Shown here piece after piece: positions 8,412 through 17,218 of a DNA stretch of 30,463 bases (positions within the stretch are counted from its first letter, which is position 1; the number at the start of each line of letters is the position of its first letter). Origin of the DNA: Prasinococcaceae sp. CCMP 1430 (taxonomy: Eukaryota; Plantae; Prasinodermophyta); assembly GCA_013416795.1 (NCBI GenBank), contig RQSC01000008.1, forward strand, positions 374,743 through 405,205, in the 5' to 3' direction. Below the pieces are notes generated by a model. That model was not told the DNA's origin. It searched no databases and worked only from the letters and a program-made list of their open reading frames with translations. Position numbers and translations under genes: made by a program.

Positions 8412-9181
8412 GGTAACCGCTGGGGAGGGAGGCGTGGAACCTCTCCTCGGCGGCCCACCCGCGCGTGTCGGCACGTGCGGAGTGTGGCGCGCGCGCCCCA
8501 CCCGGCCGGGCCCGCCCCCTCCCCCCCCGCGCGCGCTCGCACGCGCGCGCGCAGAGCCTCGCGCGACGCCCCGGGTGGAGGGGCTTCGCGGAATCCCGCA
8601 GAATCCTGTGCCTCTCGAAGCCATCATCTCCCACCGATCCTGCGCGCGCCGATACCGCGCCGATACAGCGCCGGCGCCGGCGCCGCGCCGTCTCCCGGCC
8701 GTCTCCCCGCCTGCGCCGAGCCGCCGCCGCCGCAGCGCGCGGGCGACGCTGCGCGCAGGACGCGCTGCGGGGCAGGGCGCGCGCGCGCCTCGGGGAACGC
8801 CGATTTCCCAATCCATTTTCAATAGGAAATCAATTTAATGACACGTCAAATGTATGCTATAAAACAACAGAATGTGTAAATTGAAATGGTTCACTGCGAA
8901 ATATTTCGTCGGCCGCGGCCGCGTTCGCGCTGTCGCGTGTGGTGGCCGTCGCCGTCGCGGTTCCCCCGCGCGCGCGCCGGGTTCGCGCGCGGCGGCTCGC
9001 GCCGGGCCGCTCGTACGCCCTCGGGTGATGGAGGATTCCACCAGTGGGTTCCACCGAGCGCGGCTCGCGCCTCCGTCGGCGCGCAGGCAGCGCCCCTCCC
9101 GTCGCCAGACGCCGGGCCCAGCACCAGAGCCGGGCGAGGGATCCCACGTGCGTCGACGCCCCAGAGAAAAAGATCCGTTGC

Positions 9182-9219
9182 GGATTGTGCAAAGGATTGT
9201 GCAAAGGATTGTGCAAAGG
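9182..9219 (+). repeat. Perfect 12-bp tandem repeat (GGATTGTGCAAA)x3
   Basis: Three exact copies at 9182, 9194 and 9206, followed by GG. Confidence 0.95.
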
Positions 9220-9792
9220 TGGCACGCCTCGGTCGGACGGGGTCGGTCGGACGCGCGCTTTGATTGAGTGAGAGTGCTGCGCGAAGCACCCTGGCATGAC
9301 GGGGCCACGTATGATACATTCATTCGTCTGCCGCCGAAGGGGGCGGGAGGGGGTGTGGGTGTGGGTGGGGATGGGGGCGGCAAGTCGGATGCGCAGAGTG
9401 GGTGGTTGGGGGGGGCGTCGCGCGTCCGCGTGGGGGCTCGCATGTGGGCTGGTCGGGCGTCGCCTGTTTGGTTTGTGGATGCGTGGCGGGTGGGTGGGGG
9501 GCGGACCGAAGGAGGGCATGGGGATGGGGCGCCCGCGGCGGCCGAACTCGGCTGCGTTGAGGGACGACCTAGGGGCAACGTGCGGTGCCGCGCCGCGCCG
9601 CGTCGCGCCGCACAGACGGGGCGCGCGGTCCGTCCCTGCGACGCGTGCGCGCTGCATGGACGACTGGGCAGAGACAGCGCGCGCAGGGCGCGGCGCGCAG
9701 GGAATGGCCCGAGGACGAAGTATGCTTACGATGCTAAAAGTTCTTTGCCCCCCTGAGGGGGAAGTCGGTGCGGCGCACTACGAGACGGGACC

Positions 9793-12700
9793 TCACGGCG
9801 CGGCCTCAAAGTCGTACTGGGCGAACTCGGACGACGCGAGGAAGGCATCCGGATCAGCCTTGGGCAACGCCACGCCCACCACCGCGCGCCCGGACAGCAG
9901 CGGAACAACGCTCTTGTACGACACCGAGATGGCTTGAGTGTCGAGGTCGAACTCCACCTGGAAGGTGTTGTGTCCGGGGTAGTCCGACACCTTCGATTCA
10001 CTGACCGCTGGGACCTGGGAGTACGTCACGAACGCCTTCGATCCCTCCTTGCTCACGTAGACGTGGCCACCCATCGACACGTCGAGGTTCGCGTACAGCG
10101 CGGAGATGGCGAACCCAGCCGAGCGCTTGTTGCTGAAGTGCGTGTCCAGGCCGGGGCTGAGAGACTTCTTGGACTTCCCCAACGCCACGTATCCCTGCGC
10201 GCCCACGTAGAACTTTTTGAAGCTCTTCACCTTGCCGGCCTTGCCCTTCTTGCCGGGCTGGTACGACTTGAACTTGCCTCCGGGAATGGACACCTTCACC
10301 GCGCCGCCCTTGCGCAGCTTCTTGGCGTAGTTCTTGCCCGTCTGGGCGTACGTTGTGTGCGGCAGGACGTAGGCACTGCCATCGAACTCCAGTCCCTGCT
10401 CCGTGACACTCCACGTGTCGCCGCCCGGGCGAGGCGTGAAGGTGAGGCGCTTGCCCTCGAGGGAAGTTGTGGAGTTGATAATGCCGGTCGGTAGACCGCA
10501 GCTAGGCAGGTACACGAAGTCCGACTCGGCCGCCGCGCAGCTGCGCGCGACGGGCATCGAAGGCCTGGTGGGCGCGCACACGCACGTCGGCTCTCCCGTG
10601 GTCGGGTCGAGCGGCGGCGAGCACGTGAGCGTGCCCGTGCGCACGGGGCGTAGCAAGGGGGCGCCCGTGGCGTCGGTGTGGTACTCGTCGGTGCGCGCAC
10701 CGCACACCACCGAGCCAATCGGCGGGCAGCTCACGTCCCAGTCCTCCTGCGTGTACGCATCGTCGCCGCACTCGGCCAGCTCCGCTGGCTGGTCGGCGAG
10801 CGCGAGCTTGGCGGCGCCCCAGAGGTCGGCGTCGACGCTGAGGATCTTGTTGGCTGTGGCCTCGACGTTGGACGCCTCGTCCTCGTAGCCGGTTCCGCCC
10901 CAGGCCGCGGGGTTCAGTCCAAACACGCTGCCCGTCTGCGCAGCGGCGTCAATGTACGCCTTCACCTCCTCTGGGGTCGCATCAGGATACGCCTCGAGCA
11001 CGAGCGCCGCCACGCCCGCAACGAAGGGCGTCGCCATCGATGTGCCGCCAAGCGCTTCCGTGCAGGTGTCGCAGGGCTGCTTGGCGGCGTCCAGGGGGTA
11101 CGCGCTCAGGATGCCCGTGCCCGGTGCATAAATGTCGACGCAGCCGCCCCAGTTGGAGTAGAGCCCCTTCGAGTCGTCCACGTTAATCGCAGCGACGGTC
11201 ATGGGGGCGTCAGCCGATGCCGGAGTCGTGGTGCACGCGTCAATGTCCGCGTTTCCCGCAGCGACCGCCACGAACACGCCGGCGTCCACGAGGCTCTCCA
11301 CCACGCCATTTGCGGTCTCAGAGTACGACGACCCCAGCGACATCGTCGCCACCGCAGGCGCGCCGCCGGTGAGCTCTTCAAGGTTATCGATCAGGTACTG
11401 AACGCAGCGCGCGGTCATCGCAGTGTTGCCGGAGCCGTCGTCCTGGAGCACTTTGAGGGCGTGGATGGTGACGCCTGGTGCCACCCCCCACGTTGTCCCG
11501 CCGACCGCCCCCGCGACGTGCGTGCCGTGGCCGTTGCCATCGGTCTGCGTGGTCACAATATCTGCGGAGGTGCAGTCGGCACCCGGACCTACCCGCCCTG
11601 TGAACTCTTCGTGGGTTTCGAGCACACCCGTGTCGAAGATGAAGGCGTGCACGCCAGCGCCAGTGAGTGCCGTGCCGTCGGTGGGAAGCTTCCACGAGCC
11701 GGTGGATTCGTCGTACGTGATGTCTCCTTCCGGCTGGTCGAGGCGGTCAAGCGCCCACGCCCACTCCTGCTTGCTCCACGCGGGGCCACCGTTCGTCGAG
11801 TACGCGCTCTGCTCGCAGGCTGGGATATCGCCACAGATCTCAGCACTCACAGCGCCATCGACCTCGATAATGCACCACGGCCTTCCGACACCGAAGAGGT
11901 CGCCCGGGTTGCGGCAAAACGGTCCGTCCTCGAGGCCGGCGCCAGGAAATCCCCTGGACGTGAGCTCGAGGCCACCAAAGGCGAGCGCCGGGGCCCGGTT
12001 CTCCAGGTCAATGCAGTTGTACGTAGCGCCGTTCTTGGTGATGGTGCCATGGGTGCCGCGATATGAGGCGGCCTTGTCCGTGATGAAGTAACACTCGGTC
12101 GCCCCGCCCTCCAAGCTCATCTGGGCCAGAGCGCGGCCATTGTCACCGTCGCGCTTGGCCTCGGAGCGAACCTTCGCAGCGTCCTGCGCCTTGCTCACCT
12201 CCGCGTGTAGGGCCTGCTTGGCCTCGGCGGGGAGTTCGGCGAGCGAGCGCTCGCGCTTGAGAGCGGCGCGGCGCCGGCGGCCGTGCGAGGTGCTCGCCAC
12301 CTGCGCGTGCACCTCGCCAAGTCGACGCATGTGCATCGACAACGCGTGCTCGTGCGACTCGATGAGGTGCGCGTGGTCGTGGTACGCAGGGGCGGTCACA
12401 CGACTGTCGGAGGCGACGGCCTCGAGGCCGAACGGCGAGGCGCCCGCATCGCAGTCGCCCGCACTCGCCGCGCGCTGCGCGAGGATGAAGGCGCCGAGGC
12501 CTTCCTTGGAAATGGTCGCAGCGGCAACGCCCGTGGTCGCTGCGCTCGCCGCAGCCGCCTCAGCGCCGCCTGTGCACGCGCCGCCGTAGCCGGCAAGCGC
12601 CGCGCACAGGCCCGCAGCGTCGGCGTCGGCGTCGGCGTCGAAGCGGAAGATCCACTCGTCTGCGGCGCCGTTCTCAAGCGCCGTCTCCGGGTTCCCCAAC

Positions 12701-13215
12701 GCAGCGTCGGGCAGCCCTTCAACTGGCAGCAGGCATTCGATGGTCTCCGCGACGAGCTGGGCGGCGAGAGAGCCGTCTGCTTCGCCGGTGATGAGGCGCG
12801 CGTCGACGGCGCCCGTGTGCACAATGTTGTCTACAGCGCCCTTGACTCTCTGCACGCCACTGGTGTCGGTGTCAACCTCGCGCACAAGCTCCACGACCGC
12901 AAATGTGAGACCGAAGTTGGCCAGGAGGAACAGGAAGACGACGACGGACAGCACGCCGACCACTCGCAGGAGCCTCTGTTTCTGCTCCCGCGTCTGGCGG
13001 TAGAGGTTGGCCGCGCTGTAGAGCTCTTGCAGTGAGATCGTGCCCGAATTGTCCAGGTCGAAGGCCTGCAGCGCCCCCTGCAGCTCGGGGGGCAGTGCGT
13101 CGTTGTTGTAGGCCATTTCGCTGCTGTCGCCCGACATGAACTTGATCGATTTGGTCGGGGCAAGCTTCGAATCGGTGCTCGCCGAGGGCACGGCGTCATC
13201 GCCTCCGCGCCCCAT
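9793..13215 (-). CDS. Type II membrane multidomain S8A (proteinase K-like) subtilisin: EF-hand, TM, kringle, S8, Cys-rich linker, NIDO-like domain (1140 aa)
   Basis: Start at MGRGGDD (ATG 13215). EF-hand loop DLDNSGTISLQEL; hydrophobic helix VVGVLSVVVFLFLLANFGLTFAVV; kringle-like CYF..YRG..C..FCRNP..PWC..C; catalytic FDTG, HGTHVAG and GTSMATP plus oxyanion AAGN; C-terminal FYVGAQGYV..ISALYANLD..GHVY..VTY..NTFQVEF resembling NIDO. Confidence 0.9.
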   Translation of the reverse strand: MGRGGDDAVPSASTDSKLAPTKSIKFMSGDSSEMAYNNDALPPELQGALQAFDLDNSGTISLQELYSAANLYRQTREQKQRLLRVVGVLSVVVFLFLLANFGLTFAVVELVREVDTDTSGVQRVKGAVDNIVHTGAVDARLITGEADGSLAAQLVAETIECLLPVEGLPDAALGNPETALENGAADEWIFRFDADADADAAGLCAALAGYGGACTGGAEAAAASAATTGVAAATISKEGLGAFILAQRAASAGDCDAGASPFGLEAVASDSRVTAPAYHDHAHLIESHEHALSMHMRRLGEVHAQVASTSHGRRRRAALKRERSLAELPAEAKQALHAEVSKAQDAAKVRSEAKRDGDNGRALAQMSLEGGATECYFITDKAASYRGTHGTITKNGATYNCIDLENRAPALAFGGLELTSRGFPGAGLEDGPFCRNPGDLFGVGRPWCIIEVDGAVSAEICGDIPACEQSAYSTNGGPAWSKQEWAWALDRLDQPEGDITYDESTGSWKLPTDGTALTGAGVHAFIFDTGVLETHEEFTGRVGPGADCTSADIVTTQTDGNGHGTHVAGAVGGTTWGVAPGVTIHALKVLQDDGSGNTAMTARCVQYLIDNLEELTGGAPAVATMSLGSSYSETANGVVESLVDAGVFVAVAAGNADIDACTTTPASADAPMTVAAINVDDSKGLYSNWGGCVDIYAPGTGILSAYPLDAAKQPCDTCTEALGGTSMATPFVAGVAALVLEAYPDATPEEVKAYIDAAAQTGSVFGLNPAAWGGTGYEDEASNVEATANKILSVDADLWGAAKLALADQPAELAECGDDAYTQEDWDVSCPPIGSVVCGARTDEYHTDATGAPLLRPVRTGTLTCSPPLDPTTGEPTCVCAPTRPSMPVARSCAAAESDFVYLPSCGLPTGIINSTTSLEGKRLTFTPRPGGDTWSVTEQGLEFDGSAYVLPHTTYAQTGKNYAKKLRKGGAVKVSIPGGKFKSYQPGKKGKAGKVKSFKKFYVGAQGYVALGKSKKSLSPGLDTHFSNKRSAGFAISALYANLDVSMGGHVYVSKEGSKAFVTYSQVPAVSESKVSDYPGHNTFQVEFDLDTQAISVSYKSVVPLLSGRAVVGVALPKADPDAFLASSEFAQYDFEAAP

Positions 13216-13291
13216 CTCCGCGCGCGCGCCGTGGCCGCCTCGCCCCCCAACCGCCGCGCCGACTACGGCGCCGTGGCGCGCCGCCGCCGCC

Positions 13292-13408
13292 NNNNNNNNN
13301 NNNNNNNNNNNNNNNNNNNNNNNNNNNNNNNNNNNNNNNNNNNNNNNNNNNNNNNNNNNNNNNNNNNNNNNNNNNNNNNNNNNNNNNNNNNNNNNNNNNN
13401 NNNNNNNN
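13292..13408. other. Assembly gap (117 N)
   Basis: Run of N. Confidence 1.
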
Positions 13409-13601
13409 CCGCCAAAAAAAAAAAAAAAAGCTAACAAAAAATCCCCCCGGCCCCGATACCGGCACGGCACGGCGCGCGCGCATACTTGGGGTGAGAATCC
13501 GCAGAGCGCGCGCAAAGTACCTCAACATACGTAAGATACAAACCCTACATAGTTAAGGTTTGGAGCGGCGCGGAAGCCCGCCCTGCTGCGGCCGTGGTGC
13601 G

Positions 13602-13627
13602 GCGCGCGCGCGCGCGCGCGCGCGCGC
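13602..13627. repeat. (GC)13 dinucleotide run
   Basis: Seen directly in the sequence. Confidence 0.95.
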
Positions 13628-14048
13628 CGCGCCGCGCGGGGGAACCGAGCGCCATCAAATCGAATGCGTCGTCTGCCGAGCCTATTCGAACTGATCTGGG
13701 AGAGGCGCTTCACCAAATAGAATCTAATGCATGCGGATACAATGCGATCTGATGGAGGAAAAGAAAGCCATCAAAGTGAAAGCGTGGTCTGCGGAGCAGT
13801 CAGATCGCAGTGGATGCGCGATCGCGCCCCCTCGCAACGCGTCAGATAGACCCGTTTTTACGATAACCGTAAATATATTAAACCGGAAGGCGGGACGGAC
13901 GTAGCGCCGCGGCGGGAGCGACTGCGCGGTGCAGTGCCGGACGGCGCGCGCGAGGACGCCCCCCCCATGGGCGGCGCGGCGTCCTCCCTTGCCTCGGAAG
14001 GTGGGGGGTGCCCCGCATGCCTGAGGCCCGGGGTGGGCGCGGCTCCTC

Positions 14049-16644
14049 TCAGCGCCGCCCGCCCATCTTGAGCTTCTTCTTCAGTCGGTCGCGCACCGAC
14101 AGCTTCGGGGGCGCCTTGGCCTTGGGCGGCGCCCGCGCCTTGGGCTGCTTGGCGGGGCCGTTCGAGCTCTCCTTGCGGGACAGGTCGAGGCCTGCCCCGT
14201 AAGAGAAGTGCGCGGCACAGATCGTCAGTCTCAGCGCGCCGTCCTTGGGGAGATTGTCGGCGCACCGAACAGGCGAGCGGCTGAGCGAGGCGCGCGCGCG
14301 CAGATGCAAGCGTACCGTCCCGATCGGCGTCGAAGGCGTCGTTGTCCAGCTGCATGTCCTGGGCCGTCGGGAGGCTCGGCGAGCCGGTGACCTCCTGAGG
14401 TGGCTTCCATTCGCCCCCGTCCGAGGTCCCGAGGCGCGCGCCAGCAGCCTTCGCGGCAGACTCGCCGGCCACCCCTTTGGAGCTCTTGACGCTGATCTTC
14501 GCCTTGAGGTTGAGCTTGAGCTTCACAGGCGCCTTTGGGTTCAGCGCTGAAGCCTGCGCCTGTTCCTCCTTCGCTGCCTTGGCGATCTCCTCGCGCGCGT
14601 TGAACCACTCAGCCATCTTTTCCATGCCACGATCGATCGCCTCCTGCCCGAGCTCCGCGTACAGGCTTTCGACCACCCCCCTGGCTTCGAGCTTGGTCAT
14701 CAACGCGCCCGTGGTGCGTTGGCCGAGCCATTGCTGCAGAGTCAATAAGAGGCAAGGAAGCCCCGCCATCTCCGTCTCTGTGATTGAGCCAGAGATGCTG
14801 TTGCCATCACTCGCACCGTTGGGCACGGGCAGGCTAGCGCGGGCCGCGTCTGGCATGGCCGGCTCTGGCATCTCCGCCGCGGCAAGGTGCACGCCCCCGT
14901 CCTGTGCAACGCCCTGCACCTTGGCGTCGGCTGGCGTCTCGTCCGAGCCCTGCCCGGCGTCTCCTCCCTCGCCCGGCCGCTTCTCCTGCTGCGTTCCGCC
15001 GTCCCCCTCCTCCTCATTCTCCTGCTGCTGCTGCTGCTGCTGTTTTTGCTGCGTGTCGGCCGATGGCGCGGCCTCTGGCACCGCTGTCTTGATCTTCAGC
15101 GTGATCTTTGGCCGCGTTTGCGCGGGCGTTGGCTCCGCCGCGTCCGCGGACCGGTCGTCCCCATCCTCGCCGGCAGTGCCGCCTGCGCCCGGCGCCCGGC
15201 CGGCAACGGCAGTCGCAAGGGCGTCTGACGCACCACCCTCGCCCACGACCTCCTCAGCTGCTGCTACTGTCGCCTCGCTGGCCGCACCCGCCTGGGGGGC
15301 TCTGTCCTGCGCCCCGCCGCTGGCTGGAGGCGTCTCCTGCTTGACACGTTCCTCGCCCTCGGGCCTTTGGGCCACGGCCGTTGCGGCGCCATCCGCCCCC
15401 GATATCTTCAGCTTGAGCTTGATCGCCTTGCGCTGCTTTGGCGGCGGCTCGGCGGCGCCCTTGGCGTCGTTGTCGCCCTCGCTTGACGCGCCCCCTGCCG
15501 CTGCGGGCTTCTTGAGAGTGAGGGCCAGCTTGCGCTTTCCGGGATTCTTGGCGGCGTGCAGCAGTCCAGCGTATCGATCCGCGGCGAACCACATGAGCTC
15601 ACGGTAACGCGGGTAGCGGAAGGTGCTCTTCACGCCCAGCCTGTCTTCCATGCTCCAGCACGCCAGCTGCACGAAGAGATCATGGCCGTGGAGAAAGTTG
15701 CCCCCAATGACCACCGAGTCCTCCTCGGTTGTGACCGCGTGCGGCCAGCCGCCGGGCAGGAAGACGGTGTCGCCCGCGCCGACCTCGACGCGCATGCAGT
15801 CGTGCGCCGAGTCCGCGTAGAACGTCGTGCGCTGCCGCGACGAGCCCGCCCATGCCTCGAACGCCGCGTGGTTGGCAGCGTCAGGTGGCGCGAGCAGGAA
15901 GGTCTTGTGGCCGCTCAGGACGTGGTACCATACCGAGGACCCGCCGAAGTCCACGTGAAAGTCCGTGTAAGCGCCCGCGGGGCTGAGCAGTGCGTACAGC
16001 AGCGCCGACGGGGGCTCTTGCGCCGGCGGGGGAGGCCACACTTGCTCGACCAGGTCAAGCTCGCGCACGAGCGCCGGGATGACGATCTCCTCGTCCAGAA
16101 GCGTGCCCTTCAGTGGCAGGCTCACGCAGTTCAGCAACAGCTCGCGCTCGGCCGCGGGCGCCTCCAAGTAGGCGGCGTACTGCTCGAGGGTCTGGCGTGG
16201 GCCAGGCTCCTGCGTGGTGCACTCGATGGTGTCCACGGGCGTGTCCGGGCCGACCGCGGCGACGATGCCGCGCAGCGTGAGGAGCGCCTCGTCCGCCGGG
16301 AGCGCCATGCCCAGGCCCGCGGCGCCGCCTGCGGCGGCCGACACCACAATGGGCTCGCGGAAGCCCACGCCGGTGCGCCGCAGGCTCTCGAGGCGGACGT
16401 CGTGGGCGGCCATGCGCCGCGGCTCCCCCTTGGACGCTGCCGCGCGCAGACGCTTGCTCAGCGCGGCCGGGTCGATCTTCGGCGCGCCCGTCCTGCGCTG
16501 CTTGCGCTTGCCCCCCCAGGCCGCAGCGCCCGCAGCGGCCGCCGCCGCGTCGAGCTCGGCGTAGAGCTCCTCCTCGTCCGACGACAGGCCATCGAGCTCG
16601 TGGTAGTTCACGCGGGTCCGCTCGCGCATGGGGTACGACGACAT
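14049..16644 (-). CDS. JmjC histone demethylase, JHDM1/KDM2-KDM7-like, without recognisable PHD/CXXC (823 aa)
   Basis: Exon 1 is 16644-14316. Intron 14315-14192 is GTACGC..CTGAC..GCAG, phase 1. Exon 2 is 14191-14049. The joined CDS is 2472 nt and in frame. YTDFHVDFGGSSVWYHVLSGHKTF and GGWPHAVTTEEDSVVIGGNFLH supply the HxD...H iron ligands. Confidence 0.92.
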
Positions 16645-16959
16645 GCCGTGCAGCGCGCGTGTGTGTCTGGGTGGGAGGGGTGCGAGGGCTGGAAGGGAGG
16701 GCGGGGGGAGGAGGCGCTGCCGCGCCTGTTGGCGGGCGCCCCCGCCGGCGCCGCCCCCCCGCCCCCCCCGGCGGCGCGCCGAGGCGCGCTCCTCTGAGGA
16801 GCTCTCCGAGGCGCCCGAAGTCCCGCCCGCGGACACCCGCAGGCCCCGCCTCGAAGGCACGTACAAAGGGGGGGGGGGGGGGGAGAGAGCGCGCTGTGGC
16901 ACGCACCCGCTTCGAACGCGCTCGCAACAGCCGCGCTGCGCTCGGGAGCATTCACACGT

Positions 16960-17045
16960 GCCTAATTAGGGTTCATAAATCACATCACACTACAAATGAT
17001 TCTTGTTACGGTTAGAATGTACCCTAATTCGACAAACCCTAATGC
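16960..17045. promoter_or_regulatory. AT-rich divergent promoter core with telo-box-like motifs
   Basis: Lies between the divergent JmjC and PPO-like starts. Contains TTAGGGTT 16966-16973, ACCCTAA 17021-17027 and AAACCCTAA 17034-17042. Confidence 0.6.
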
Positions 17046-17218
17046 GTGCCCCCGCGCGCGAGGGCTGCGCCGGGCGCGTGCGGGCGGCGCGGCGCCACAG
17101 CGGCCCCTCCCCTTGCACCCCGGGCCGCCCAGCCATCCCGCCGGGCCCGCCGCTCTTTCGGCCGTGACCGGCAGGCGCGGCCCCGGCAGCGCTGCCCCGC
17201 CGCCCCCCGCCAGCGATC

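Noticed and set aside
13216-13515. N-terminal extension of the 1240 aa protease ORF
   Set aside because: It reads through the N gap and poly-A/T promoter DNA. ATG 13215 is the first credible start.
13858-14315. Unspliced C-terminus of the 1014 aa JmjC ORF
   Set aside because: A canonical intron (14315-14192) switches to a better-looking frame ending at 14049.
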